This document shows positions 49,835-63,780 of a stretch of DNA of 64,000 nucleotides, piece after piece; the first letter of the stretch is position 1, and every line of letters starts with the position of its first letter. The notes under the pieces were generated by a model. The model was not told the origin of the DNA. It saw only the letters and a program-made list of their open reading frames with translations, and did no database searches. Made by a program: the position numbers and the translations under genes. Source of the stretch: Tubulanus polymorphus. Lineage: Eukaryota > Animalia > Nemertea. The DNA lies in contig NC_134031.1 in the NCBI RefSeq assembly GCF_964204645.1, forward strand, positions 9,796,001-9,860,000, written 5' to 3'.

Positions 49835-52800
49835 TGTTTCATCTCATCAATCGCAGGAATATAATATTAGAGAGAAATATCCAGTAGAACTTCAAAAACG
49901 GAGCCAACTATTAGAGTACGGTTTCAGAATATATTCTCCATAACTGTCTACACTAAAACACGGACCGCCAACGACGGAACATCCTCCCCTTCTGAACCCT
50001 TATGGGGTTCACAATTAACTAAACTAAACACACAATCTTAATTACCTAAATTAAGCTAATGTAAAGAATCTATTATTGGCATCTTAACTAAATTACTAAT
50101 TAACTAGTGTATTAAATCGTTTCTCGCAAGATCTTCACGACCTTTCAAGGAGGGCGCTAGGCTCACCTCCACAATCTATCACTAAATAACTGAACGCGTT
50201 AACGTATATACATGTACAATGTTTCTCCACGAAAGAACGCACGAACTGTTTTTATAAATTTACGAACTGTTTATGAATTTAAACGCGGTATTACACTACT
50301 AGAGTTTATTATACGAATTACACATCGTCTCTGTCACAGTTCAACGGACACAGTTTATTCACCGCGCGAACATATTCCTTTCCCCGACATCGTACACGAG
50401 CTACACGAACGAGTTCATCCTCTCCGGGATAAACACCGACGACCTTCGCAAGTGGCCATCGTCCACGAGGATTTTCTTCGTCTTTCATCATGACGATATC
50501 GTTCACCTTCAAGTTCTGTCGCACTCGCACCCACTTGGGGAATGTGTTCAATGTAGTGAGATATTCCGACGACCACCGTCTCCAAACCTTCTTTACCAGA
50601 CTTTGCACGTACCGCCATCTATTTCTAGGATTGAAGGCTACTTCATCTGTTATGCTTGGTGCCAAATTACCGCCGACTTGGCCGTGTATGAAGTGATTAG
50701 GCGTCAACACTTCTTCATCATCAGGGTCATCAGAAACGTATGTCAATATTCTTGAGTTTACCAGACCTTCAGTTTCGACGATTGCAGATAGTAATTCTTC
50801 ATCAGTTAATTTTGCGTTGCCAAGTATCGATTTCATAGCTTTCTTGGCTTGTTTGATCATAGACTCAAAAACCCCACCATGATGTGGCGCAGCGGGTGGG
50901 TTGAACTTCCACTTGATGCCCTGAGAAGCACCCTTCATTTTGATCTCATCTTAATCGAGCATCTGCACCAACTGCCTAAGTTCTTTCTCGCCTGCTGTAA
51001 AATTCGTTCCGTTGTCACTGGTCATAACGCTAGGTTTTCCTCTCCTAGCTACCATTCTGGAATAGGCTAGAAGAAAACCAGCTGTGTCAAGGGAATATGC
51101 CATTTCCAGATGGACGGCCCTTGTCGCCATACATGTAAATAGACACAAGTATCTCTTTGCAGTGCATCGTCTAGTGATCTTCGTTGTAAACGGACCGCCA
51201 TAATCCACCGCACAAGAAAAGAAACATCGTAGACTGACCAGCAGACGTGAACGTGGTAGCGGTGCTACTTTCTGATTTATGCCGAGTTCTTTTCTAGTAT
51301 GACACAGTTTGCAGTTAATTTTGCAACGTTTTACTTCTTCCCGGCCATCTATCACCCAATATTTTTGCCGCAGGTCAGCCAAGACTGCATTTGTACCACG
51401 GAAATGACCACCGAATCTGTGTCTGTCTTTAACAAGCAGCCTTGTGATCTCATTTTTCTTAGGTAAGATTATTGGGAATCTCGTGTCATACGGCAAATCT
51501 GCTTTCTCCAAGCGCCCACCAACTCTCAAAATCCCTTCTGTATCCAGTATTGGTAATAACTGCCTAAGCTGACTTTTCTTAGGCAAATCTTTACCCTTTG
51601 TCAACAAAGTAATCTCTTCACCAAATGCCTCCATCTGACAACACTCGAACAAGTAATTCTCAGCTTTTTCAAGTTCTTCAACTTCCAATACCACTTTATT
51701 TGAATCTTTGGGTTCTACCGTTTTTTTGTTTTTCAATATCTTGTAGTATCGAAACACTAGAGCTACGACTGCTTTCAACTTCGTAAAACTAGTGAATCTT
51801 CTGACATCAACTACCAATTGTTGCGGCTTCTCAGCCGTAACAGTCTGAAAGACGGACAGCATCTTGCCAACTTCATTTTCAGCTTCCAGGCTCAGACCTT
51901 TACCGAGGGTTTTCTGTGGCCAAGAATTCTCCCCTTCATACAGGAACCTGGGACCACAAAACCATCTATGCTTCATGGTCATGTCTTCGACTTTCAGTCC
52001 CCGTGTCGCATCATCCGCTGGGTTCTGTTGACCGGGAACATAGTTCCATTGAACAGGCTTGGTAACTTCTTGGATTCTCGACACCCGATTTGCAACAAAC
52101 GTCTTATACGTCCTGGATTGTCCATGAATCCACTGTATAACGTCCATACTGTCACTCCAAAATCGGTGCGATTCAACAGGTATATCTAATGCTTTTGCAA
52201 CTACTTCAGCTAGCTTAACGCCTACTACAGCCGCCATCAGTTCCAATCGTGGCACACTAGTACACTTCAGCGGTGCTACTTTTGCTTTCGCACCAACCAG
52301 AGCAACCTGAACTTCATTATCTTTGAATTCATATCGAACATATGCACATGATCCATACGCCAATGTCGAAGCATCAGTGAACACATGTATTTCTGTAGTT
52401 TTTTCATCATCAGCTGGTCTCGAACGATAACATCTCGGAATCTGTACTGAATCAATTTTCTCCAACTCAGCCAACCAATTATTGAAACTCTGTTTAATAT
52501 CATCTGGTAATGCTTGATCCCAAGTAATACCACGTAACCACGTCTCCTGGAGCATCATTTTTCCTCGTATAACAACTGGTGCCAAATACTGCAGTGGATC
52601 AAAGAGTGTGGCAATACAACTCAACAGACTACGCTTTGTCGGGACTCCACTGCTACCGCAACTAGCCGGAGTTGAGTACGTCAAGTAATCTCCCACTGCA
52701 AACCATCGTACACCCAAAGTCTTCATATTTGCATTGTCTTTGTCAACTATCTTCAAGCAATCCTCAATATCTCCAAGAGGTAAGCCATCTAAAACAGCCA

Positions 52801-55800
52801 TAACATTACTACACCATCGTCTTACATCAAATCCTGCAGCAGATAATACAGATGATAACTCGCTTCTTAGAGTGGTCGCATCCACAATATTCTCCACTGA
52901 TGTAATTAAATCGTCCATATAGGTTTGCTTGTGAATAACTTCAGAGACTCTTGGGTTTTCTTCACTGCAGTTTACATGATGTCTCAAAACAAACTGTGCC
53001 AGAAATGGCGAAGCCTTGTCCCCAAACATCAATCTAGTTGCTTCATAAGTTACAGCTGGCGAGTGTGTATCATCACGCCATAACAATCGATGGTACCTTC
53101 GATCATCTTCAAACATTTGGACCTGAGAAAACATCTCCTTAATATCCCCTACCAATGCCACCGGTTTTGTTCGGAACATAATCAATATTTCTACTATGTT
53201 ATTCTGTAGATTAGGGCCATTCATCATAACATCATTCAAACTCATATTTCCAGTTTTGGCAGCAGAATCATGTACAATGCGAACTTTTGTTGTTGTCTTA
53301 TCTTCACGAACGACTGGAAATTGTGGTAGAAACCAGCTACTATTTTTCTCTAAGTCAACATCTGACACTTTCTGCAAATAACCTTTCTCTACGTTCGCCA
53401 TAAACACATCTCTGTATCGTCGAGCAAGCTCCTCGTCTTTGAAAAACCGTTTTTCCAGCATCATCAGGCGTTTACTAGCATCTTCAAAATTATTCGGTAA
53501 ATACCTCTTCTCCTCTTTCCAGGGAATTTGGACTTCATATCTATCTCCGACTTTTTTAATGGAGGTTTCCGCAATCTCCAATGCAGCCTTCTCTTCAGAT
53601 GTGTACTTTAGGTCATCCTGATCTTGGAATCCAATTAGATCCTGATCCCAGATCTTTCTCAAGCAATCATCAGTTCTTATATCGAAGGACCTAACTTCAG
53701 TTCTATACGCATGAGTTGTCGTAAAACTCTGGTTTTCACTAAATCCATTTGAAACTTTTCCAATCACTGTCCAGCCCAGTGGGGTTTTCCGGGCCACTGG
53801 ACCCCCTACATCACCACGACGTTCTTCAATGGCCGCCATCAATTCCGGTTGATCTGCACCTATCAACATGTCTACTTCAGTAGACGGTAGTTTTGGAAAT
53901 TCAATATCCTTCAAATGTCCCCAATCAGCCTGGTGTCGCCTCCAATCAATTGGTTTGATACCCTTACACATAGAGTCCATCACCCATGGTTGAAGCAGTA
54001 CATCAACCTTCCCATCCAAACTTTTCAGTTTCACACTGACTTTTCGACTTTTCAATTCACTCACACCAGCCAGAGTATTCATTGTTATATGGCGTTCTGA
54101 CTCCCGTTCCAACTCCATAGCAATTGCTACATCATCAGATATATAGCATGAGTCAGATCCGTCATCCAGGAAGGCGTTGATGATTATTTCTTGATCTCGA
54201 GCGCCAACCAATCTAACCGGCACTATTCTCAAAGCTACTCGCCCCGGAGGACATCTACCTCTTTGATGTGTTGCATGAGGGTTCACCTCCTGAGGGTTCA
54301 GCTCTTCATTTGCATTATGTTTAGATTCCTTAGGGTGATGAAGGTGTGTATGGTGTCACTTATTATCCTGACAACCTTCAATTCTGCATCCAGAGAATCT
54401 GGTTTCTCTACACTGACCACTTCTATGTCCTTTATTTAGACATTTAAAACACAGACCATACATTTTTGCACGTTCCCATCGATCACCTACAGCCATTTTC
54501 GTCCAGTTATCACATTCCGTCAACTTGTGGTTCTTTCCGCATATGTAACAACCTTGTTTTCTCATAAGACCAGTACTGAAAGACCGTCTTTTTTCTCTGG
54601 GAATTCTAGTACTAGACCCTTTTGTTTCTTCAGCTTCAAGTAAATATGCTACCTCTTCTGCCAGCCAATTCGAAAATTCCTGGAGGTCATCCGATTTTCC
54701 AGAACTCTTAACATGACGATGAAAGTCCACCAACATTTTTTTCTGGTACTTTCTTTTGAACTTGAATATATAAGGCACTGTCAGTTTCGAACTCTCCTCC
54801 ACTCCCTTTCAAGGATAATTTGGTGACCATGTCACATAGTCTATCTGAAAATATTTCCAATGCCTTATTATTCCCTTCTGTAATTGAGCTTGTTTCCATT
54901 AATCTATCTAAGTGCTGTCTAATGAGACGTTTTTCACCACCGAATTTCAGCTCCAATTTCTTCAAGGCTGCTTCATATTCTGTTTTTGTGTAACCAAGGT
55001 TACCAATGATTTTCAATGCTTTCCCCTTTAAACAGTTTTTTAACATCATCATCTTCGTTTTTGAGGGTAGCTTTGTGTTCCCTACAAAAACATCAAATTG
55101 GTTTCGCCAGTCATGGTAGTATTCCTTATGACCATCGAATGTAGATAATTCTGGTTTTTTCAAACCCTGAAAAACATTACGTTGTGGTTTATCATCTTCT
55201 GATTCCGTTGAAGTATCGGAATGACGTTTCTCGTTGCTTTCTTCATCTGAGGTCGATTCTACTTGTCGATGTGGTCTTCTTGTCTTGTCCTGGCTCTTGT
55301 CAATACCTGCCGGCCTTTTTTCTCGCTGTTCTATAATCTGTTTAAGGTTGAATATAAAGAGGGACAATTCTTCTAAATATTCATCAGATTCTAACACAAA
55401 TTTGTTGTACTCCACTTTATCGATCTCCAGAATAATTTCAGATGTCTCAGTATCTAATTCTGAGATTGCTTTAAATGCATCAGCTAATTCCCCTAATGCC
55501 CATCTGCATTTTTGTAATTCCTTCTCATCTAATTTCTTCTGATCTAACAATTTTTCATCAATTTTGGACTTCACTCTTGTGATTTTTGCTTTGAGTGGTG
55601 TCCTTTTTCGTTTTCTAAGTTCAAAATCTCTTCTCTGTTCAGCATTCATGGTCAATTACGAAATTTTGTATCTTTCTGGTCGGTATATTCCAATCTCGAT
55701 CGTCTTCTTTCGGTAATTAGCAATCCATCAAATTTTCATCAGCACCCTGCTTTATTTTTCTCGAAACTGACTTTTTAAGATTAATACTACAAGCACACAA

Positions 55801-56133
55801 TTTTTCGACAGTATTAATTCGTATTCAAGTCAATTCTGCATCAATAGTTAGATTTTTATCAATTCTTCGTTTCATCAGAAATTAACACGACGTCGACTCA
55901 CGTGTTTTCGCTTAAACATCAAATTTTGGTCATCTGTAGTCATCCAATCATCAAATCTTTACATCATCCGCCTCCGAGGGACCATATGTTTCATCTCATC
56001 AATCGCAGGAATATAATATTAGAGAGAAATATCCAGTAGAACTTCAAAAACGGAGCCAACTATTAGAGTACGGTTTCAGAATATATTCTCCATAACTGTC
56101 TACACTAAAACACGGACCGCCAACGACGGAACA
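49835..56133 (-). mobile_element. BEL/Pao LTR retrotransposon, full length
   Basis: 147-bp LTRs (49835-49981, 55987-56133), TG...CA, identical by eye; 5-bp TSD CATGT; PBS TGGTCCCTCGG; PPT AGAAGGGGAGGA. Confidence 0.96.
50318..55655 (-). pseudogene. BEL/Pao gag-pol polyprotein (one frameshift, two stops)
   Basis: Gag PELSTFDG plus Cys/His knuckles, protease LDDGSD, RT YMDD, RNase H FTDAS, integrase VDYGGP/SDNGTNF/GGVFE. Confidence 0.95.
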
Positions 56134-56330
56134 CATGTATAGGTAAAGTACATGCCACCCCCTGAGAACAGGGAGTACGTTGAAGTAAAAACTCCAAAAC
56201 ACATGTATCTAAAAATTGCATGAATGCATGTCAAATATGTAAAAGGAATATGTAAAATTCATAATCAAATTGAAACACATATAACTTATTCATGACAAAT
56301 AGACGATGTATCTTGCTTCAAACCAAGCTA

Positions 56331-56894
56331 TTAGAAGTATTTCTTTGTGGCGTGGCCAATAGCTGCCTTCACACTAAAAGCATATTTTTTCATACCTTTT
56401 GCATTTAAATGTACACCATCTCTCAGAAGAAATGGCCGGATATCAGCCCAAAAACCTCTGTGTTGCCAAAAAGTTATATTTAAGGATTCACACACTAAAC
56501 GTTTCACGGTTTCGTTGAATACTATTAGCTTGGTATTGAAATTTGTCGGAGGGGACAGACGCCTGAGCGACTGACCAATTAATAAGTGTGTCACGCTGTA
56601 CGTGCTGCACAGAAAATTGCTCAATGCAACCAAAGAAAAGGCCAAGCTTTTTGGGTCTGAACGGGCTAAATCGTTTCCGCCTAAGTGGAGGAATACTACG
56701 TCAAATTTTGAACCAAAACTCGGCAGGCACCGTTGGATAGATTTTACACCCGGTAAAACTGTAGCGCCTCCAAAACCTAAAAAATGCAATTTTACCACGT
56801 CTGGGTCTAGGCCTAGATTGGAAAAGCGCTCCTGCTCGAAAGTCCTGAGACGATGCACAAAGGAGTGACCCATAATAAGCACGTCAATCGGCAT
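56331..56894 (-). CDS. SGNH/GDSL-family hydrolase of the YR retrotransposon
   Basis: Blocks GHSF, GFGG, LGGND and RDGVH all intact; lies inside the 141-bp direct repeats. Confidence 0.88.
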   Translation of the reverse strand: MPIDVLIMGHSFVHRLRTFEQERFSNLGLDPDVVKLHFLGFGGATVLPGVKSIQRCLPSFGSKFDVVFLHLGGNDLARSDPKSLAFSLVALSNFLCSTYSVTHLLIGQSLRRLSPPTNFNTKLIVFNETVKRLVCESLNITFWQHRGFWADIRPFLLRDGVHLNAKGMKKYAFSVKAAIGHATKKYF

Positions 56895-57672
56895 AATCGA
56901 CTTCAAATTTAAGCACTAACCTTGAATGATTGAAATATAAGTGAACGAAATGAATTCAGTAAAACGTAGTCAGTGAAAATATTGAATTGAAGTCAGTGAA
57001 AATAACGAAGTATCCTACTCGTGTTTCTCCGAGGGAATGCTTAGCCACGTTGTCAGGAGGGGCGGAGGCAAGGAGTAACTGACAACTGATAAGTAATACG
57101 TGACTCCGCGTGATCTCACAAAACATTTTATTCTCTACAAAAATAAAAATCATTTATTGTGGGATTCGAATCTAATAGAAACGGAAACATTGAAGTCATC
57201 AAAACACAGATTCATTATGCGTACTGACATGACCAAATTTTGAAAGTTCTGACATGTAGTGACGCCTGCGCACTCAACCGATTTTTGGACTTAAAAAATT
57301 TCTCCAACACTCACTAATGCGCATGCGTTAAAAACGGAGACATTGGAAACATTACGGTTTTTGCTGTCGTCAGATGATAGCTTGATGACGTGCTACACTT
57401 TGACCTTTGACACACATGCGCAATGGCGTCTGAATTTCTTCCTGGAACAGAATCCAAGAAAATAAAAGATTATAAAACTTACATGTTACGGCTTGGCAGT
57501 TACATCACAGACCCAGCGTTGCAAATTACTAATCCACATATAAATCCAATCATTCTGATAATCCAGTTGGTCTCGTGCTGCCAGTATTTTCCGCACATTT
57601 CGGCTTAAAACCGATAGTTTAGCAGACCCCATGTGCAGAAAAAATGGCTCATGGCCGGCTAATTTATGCACC

Positions 57673-60600
57673 AATTCAATTCAAAATTTATTGCATCCGT
57701 ATAACGACAAAATTACATAGGACAGACACGGCAATCAAATATTAATACAAAGAGACACTGACAAATGATAACATAACATAAAAGGAGTGAGAAAAGTTTG
57801 AGCTATTTACAAAGAACACCACTCTCCGCCGGTCACTTTTTAAACTTGAAAATACAATCTACAATGCATATAATTTAATGTCTATTTCAACCCGACCCGA
57901 GAGCACTCCGGGCGGTACAGCCCGCCCACCCCCGGCAGCACACACCCGATAAAGGTCCCAATGGGACCAGAAAGGACAAGCAGCCGACCCCAAACATCAC
58001 CACCCAATCCATCCGAAACTGCACCGAGGATATCCAAAAAGTCCTCACCGAAAGGGGTCCATGAAAGAAAAGAGACTCCACGACTTGAAAGTTCAACAAT
58101 ATGTCTCTATGCCCACCAACTGAAGTTTGGTATGTAGGCATGGAAACACAATGTTAAACCCCCAAATCACGGAGTCACCCCTCTTCACTTAACCAACCCC
58201 TTATCCCCCCCAGCGAAGACTCCCCGGACACCCCTCAATACAGCCCCAAAAGGACCAAAAAATGATGATCTAGGTCCACCGCCTGTCCCTCCTAGTCCCA
58301 CCAACACCCCCACCAGGCATGTACTACCAAAAATGAGCGAGCTAGGCCACCCGAAACGCTCCCAAGTCAGGCTGAAACAGACATTATACAGGTCAAACTG
58401 TTATTTCAAACGACGATGCCTACTTCAACCCAGACTCAGGAGGATATCGAGTGGCAGCCAAACTGATCGGGCAAGGCCACACGATATACACCCAAGTCAC
58501 AGTGAAGCAGACATCAGAAAAGTTCTTTCCTCCACCATGGAGGCAATAAAGTTGCAAACCAGCTTACCCACTTCAGTGTCATTTTTTTATGACATGATGA
58601 ATTTAAATTGGTCATCATATGATAAACTCTGTAATATAGTGAAGTCAGAGATTTGGGAAAAAAAGGAATGCCTTTTTTGCCCAAGTTTCGAGCAATCTAG
58701 GAGGAAATGCGGCTCATCCTCAATCGAACCATTTTTGCAGAGGAGGCATAGTCTATTTTCTATCGGGATTTTTGGTCTTTTATGACGATCCGTTTCAATT
58801 CGTAACTTGTGATTACTGACTCTTAATTTTGAAAATTCTTTTCTACGACTATAACGATTTGTAACCACGTAGTTCTCCAAACAAAAATTTGATTTGAATA
58901 GTTTAAATTTGCGCAGTTTAGGGTTTGAGACAGAGTCATTTACAAAATCATACCATTGTGATGAGTACAAGTGCATTGCTCGTTTGCTTAGAGATAAGGC
59001 CACTTTATTGGCAGATGCGGTTTTCCCAAGTGTTTTCTAGGTGGAAATGGTACAAAAGAGATCGAACACAATTCCCCCAGTTGTCATCTGTGTTGGTTTG
59101 TAGACAGTCTATGTATGGCTTGCGAATAAGGCTAGCGCTGTCAGAATCGCAAATTCTTAACCAATATTTCATAATTAGAGGGGCAATTTTTAACACAATG
59201 GGAAAATGACCAATGTCTCCTCTGGCTGCTGGATTTGATGTTTGTTTACCAACCCCCAAAAGATATTTAACAAAGTTTAGATTGACATTTTCAGCTGGGG
59301 TTACTTCGCATAGAGCGTAAAAGTTGATTGGGTTTCTTTTGTTGAAATGAAAAGCTCCCCATACTTCACAACAGTAAACTAGGATTGGTTGGATTAGATG
59401 CTCGAACAGTTTCAAGGCCGATTGAACATTGTCACGAATATTCATGGTTTTTAGTTTAAAAAGAGCTTTTCTAGCATGATCTACAAGTCTTTCACAGGCA
59501 TTTTTAAATTACCAGAGACGTAAAATAGGATACCAAGATAACAGTATTCCTTGACAACTTCGATTGGCACACCATTGTAGTAATATTTTTCTGAATTAAA
59601 AAGCTTCCCTCCTCTGTTAAAGACAATTACTTTCATTTTTTCAAGATTAACGGTAAGACCCCATTTAGCACAATATGAAGGAAGCTTGTTAAGTGCAGAA
59701 TTGAGACCAGCATTAGTTCTAGATAAAATGACTAGATCGTCTGCATACATTAGACAGCTCAGATTTGTATCGTGTAGCCTAACTGGGTCACATTCTTTAA
59801 AAATCGAGGGCAAGTCCTGGGTAAAAAGATTAAATAGAAGAGGACTCAGGACACAGCCCTGCTTTACGCCAACGTTGGAATTAATGAGTGCACTTAAGCC
59901 GTTATTACACTTAACCATGTATGAAACTTTAGAATACATGTTATCTAAAAACGCGTAAAAAATTACCTCCAATACCTAACTTAAGCAGTTTAAAGATCAG
60001 TGCCTTCCGGTTAATGGTGTCAAAAGCTGACTTGAAATCAACAAAACAACAATACAGACGACCATTAGCCAACTTTCTGGTGAACTTTTCGATAAGGCAT
60101 CTAAGAGTGAGCACATGGTCAGCAGTACGGGTGTTTTTTTTATACCCTATTTGACACTTGGGTATAGGATTGTTGGCCTGCGCAAAAGCATAAAGCATTT
60201 CATGCATTACACTACAGAACAATTTACAAAGGTTGCTACCAATAGCTATGCCCCGATAGTTGCTTGGAGTATGTTTGTTACCCTTCTTGTGAAGTGGGTT
60301 GAGAATGTTGGTACACCATGCATTAGGAAAAACACCATTTACTAGAGGACTTCAAAAAACGGCAATAGTTGCGTTTGACCGGCCTTTAGCATTTCATTAA
60401 GCACCAGGTCCGACCCAGCTGCCTTGCCTCTTTTTAGTCTAAGTATAGCTCTTGATATTTCGGGCAAAGTTATTCTAAAGTTGAGCTCATTGAATATTGA
60501 ATCTGCGTTATCATCTATGAAATCAGTAAACAATGATTCAGATTCCCGACTAATACTGTTAGTGGAAGAATTCAAAATCGTAGTAAAATGCTCAATATAC

Positions 60601-60941
60601 TGTTTTGCAGTTATAACTACTATCCAAATTTTTCAACTTATTAAAAAGAGACCAGAATTCCACTGGGTTTTGAGTACGCAGGGAGTCCATTTGGGTCATG
60701 ATATCGCTTTTAAACCTGCATCTTTTCTTGTTTAATAGTGATTTGTAACGCTTTTTTGGATCTAAATATATGCAGCAGGTTCAGATCAAAAGGGGTTTTC
60801 GTAACAATACCACACATTTGAACTAGGTCTTTCTTCAGCTTAAAGCATTCATTATCAAACCATGTTTTTGATTTAGACTTTAAATGTTTAGACTGACCAT
60901 TTTTGAAGATATTTCTTTGTTTAACACCGGCTTTCTTGGCC
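57673..60941 (-). mobile_element. 5'-truncated non-LTR retrotransposon (RTE-X-like LINE), RT pseudogene
   Basis: FVDFKSAFD, GVKQGCVLSP, YADD; C-terminal KLRVSNHKLRIET...CLLC...EDEPHFLLDC; AATAAA plus TTGAA tail; candidate TSD GCACC (57668-57672, 60942-60946). Confidence 0.88.
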
Positions 60942-61576
60942 GCACCGTCATAGACGTGGACTCGTTAGGTTCGAATCCCAATTTTGAACAACAGTCGGGA
61001 TTATTATGATGTATTGATTAATCAATCACTTTTTTTCTGTTACATTTTAGTATCAAAGATTGAGACGTTACCGTCGAACCCGATTACTCTAATGGGGGAT
61101 GACGGGACCGTATACGAAGTCACCGAATCATTTTTGCCATTACCGGCAACTGAAACAAACGTTTCTGAGATGCACGTTCAAGATATCATAAGCACTTCCG
61201 ATAATATTGGAACAATTCCAAATACCGGTAGGTATAAATCTGAGTAACGATTTAAATGCCTAATAAAAATAATCCATCATTCGATACGTCATATATAGAA
61301 CATCCATCCCACATGAAAACATTTATATTTTAGAGGAAGCCAAGAAGGCGCTATACGCAACAGGATCTTCTCAATGAGCAGGTGAACTACATGAAAGTGA
61401 AAGCAAAAAAAGTTGAAATGGATAGCGACTCCAGGAACTGAAAATTAAAAAACTAGAGAAGGAAGAGAAAAGAAGATTTTTTATATGATGTATGATTTAT
61501 AGATTGTTTCAATTTTAGAGTACAGATTTCGAAATTCAATTAAAAAAGTGTTTGTTACGTATCGTCTCATGTGTGC

Positions 61577-63780
61577 TCAATGTAGATCTTCGTGTTCGTT
61601 TATTGGCTGCAGCGGTTCCTCCTCGTCGTATACGATATCATTGTCATCGAAAACTGGTTCTTTCATGAGAATTGCTAAGTTGTGCAATATGGCACGGGCT
61701 GTTATGACTCGGCATGCCTTGCGTGGGTCCAGGCGTAATTCTCCATGTAGACAGTGAAATCTGCGTTTCAGCCAACCAAATGATCTTTCTATGGCGCATC
61801 GCGTCCTCTTGTGCGATCTATTGTAATGTTCCTGCGGTTGACCTATAGGATTGCCATACGGAGTTAGCAGATATCGCTTCAACGCGTAGCCGCTTATGGG
61901 CGGCCAATCCCGCCAAAAATCAGCGATCGTCTATTTGTCTGTACTTTGACAAAATGTCATAGTACACCGCCAAAATGTGTAAGCGTAACGTCAAATTGTG
62001 TAATGCGGCTAAATAACACAGGGGGCGACACTGTACGGACAGCATTTTGCGGTATTTTTCTCGCTTTGCGATCATCTCAAGGTCGTCTCATTGAAATAAT
62101 TTTGCGAGTATCAAATCGACAAATCGTATCATATTCCCTAAACCCAATAAAATGAATTTATTATTACTTTTATTAGTTAACTCGGAACTCATGAACTCAT
62201 GTCGTCTCAGACGCCTGAGACGACACCTTGGGTTCATGAGTTCCCAAGTTCATAACTTCCACAGTTTATGATATTTCGAGTTTATTTGGGCATGTACAAC
62301 ACTATGAAATTATGCGACATAAAGAATCCTATTATAAGGATGTTAAATCCGATTACGTCAAGAATTAGCTAAAAAAATGATGTCCCGCATCAACCAAGAC
62401 TGGTTGACTGTGCCCAATTCTGCACTGGCAGTCATATGAAGTCGACCGGCAACCAGTCTATCATCAGACATCAGCTTTCTTGATGGTTTATAGAAAATAA
62501 ATAGATGCAGGTATCCAATGCATGGGTTTTCACGCAGGATTCTGTTATGTACTGGGGGCATTGCTCACCTTCCGAGACTTGACGATCTTAAGATGAAACT
62601 ATCATGGCAGCTGCCAGGCCAACGGGCGACAAAATCGACGAACAATCCTGAAATAAAAAGAATCTATTTTGACAGAACAATTAGTTTTGTTGAAATAATT
62701 ATTTTCGATTTTAAATTAAAGTCCAAATAACAGCATACAGCCTGGCTGCTCGTGCAAGTTTGAATGCATCATGTAAACTAAAGAAATTCGGATTGGTCAG
62801 ACTGTCAATCAGGAAAATAAGATTTTTTCCTTGGAAGTTGCGATTTTTACTCCAATGGGTAAATTTAAATGTTACAAACAATGTGTTCTTTTTGTCTTGT
62901 CAGTTTTTATACATAAGACTTTCTGTAAGCAAGAGGGAGAGGGCATACGCGCATACACACAGCATGGGGGTTGAAGAATCATGTAACTAAAATATTGATT
63001 ATTATTACTTATAAATATTGATCCATGAGCATTGGGCCCAGAGGGCATACGCTAGATTGCTTCATTTCGACTCTGTAAACGGTCCTGCATGCAATGATGG
63101 ATAGAAGCAGGGAACTTTTTATGTTTTTATGGGAATAATGATACATCACAAACAAGGATCAAGGGCCGGTACCGTACTGGTAAGTTAAATTTTTTTATAA
63201 GTCTAAGAGAGGGGTTTGCATTTGTTTCTGGCAAATTGCTTAGATGGTACACCGCATTGAAAAGAAAAAAGTCACCACGCGCAGAACATTGCCAAATCGG
63301 ACAGTATCGTGTTAATTTCCGGCCTTGAACTTACCATCGGCAACACACACCCTGTGCATTTATCGAATGAAAACTTGTTCGGTTCACAAAGTCTCTTTCA
63401 ATTTCATTTCTTGGAGCTTGACTACGTATATGTGTTCCATCAACACAACCAATAACACCGGGGAAATTTCCGACTTCATAAAAATCAGATTTCGTTTTTG
63501 CCAGTTCTGCTGAGCCTCTCGGAAACCTGATAAAATCTGATTCTTCGAGCAAAGTGCGTCGGTTACACGAGTAGTAATAGATTTCGAAACTGTTGATTTC
63601 GATACACCAAAACTTTCTCCGATTACCTCCAAAAATGAGCCACTGTTATAAAATCGAAGTGCCATAAGAACTTGCAGTTCGACAGTCAAAGGCAATCCAC
63701 GATTGCACGTTTTTTTCTGCCATCAATGGTCTACATATTTCAATGATTCTCTGCACACCCGCTGTTGAAATCTATGTATA
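61577..63780 (-). pseudogene. Harbinger (HARBI1-like) DDE transposase, split by an insertion
   Basis: ALRFYNSGSF, FPGVIGCVDGTH, HSINAQ (63328-63780); SGYALKRYLLTP, IERSFGWLKRRF, ILHN (61577-61894); about 50 codons missing at the junction. Confidence 0.9.
61896..63327 (-). mobile_element. One-ended hAT-like non-autonomous insertion
   Basis: The - strand starts CAAGGCCGGAAATTAAC, resembling hAT TIRs; it interrupts the transposase; no second TIR or TSD. Confidence 0.4.

Larger units (their letters stand above)
49510..56208. repeat. 68-bp tandem array (about 6 units; 49510-49834 and 56134-56208) split by the BEL insertion
   Basis: Unit ACACATGTATAGGTAAAGTACATGCCACCCCCTGAGAACAGGGAGTACGTTGAAGTAAAAACTCCAAA at 49623, 49691, 49759 and 49827/56134. 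Confidence 0.9.
45194..57160 (-). mobile_element. Tyrosine-recombinase retrotransposon (DIRS order, Ngaro-like)
   Basis: 141-bp direct repeats (45195-45335, 57017-57157); hydrolase, gag, RT/RNase H and YR all on the - strand; flanked by GGGATTCGAA on both sides. Confidence 0.88.
44839..57364. mobile_element. Mutator (MULE)-type MITE, about 550 bp once the nested insert is removed
   Basis: ~150-bp TIRs GCAAAAACCGTAATGTTTCC... (44839-44988, 57220-57364); 9-bp TSD TGTCGTCAG (44830-44838, 57365-57373). Confidence 0.88.

Noticed and set aside
49494-49842. Repetitive ORFs
   Set aside because: Translations of the 68-bp array.
57888-58496. GC-rich block that looked like a separate insertion
   Set aside because: No TSD or termini; it lies between the LINE ORF end (~58497) and its tail, so it is best read as 3' UTR.
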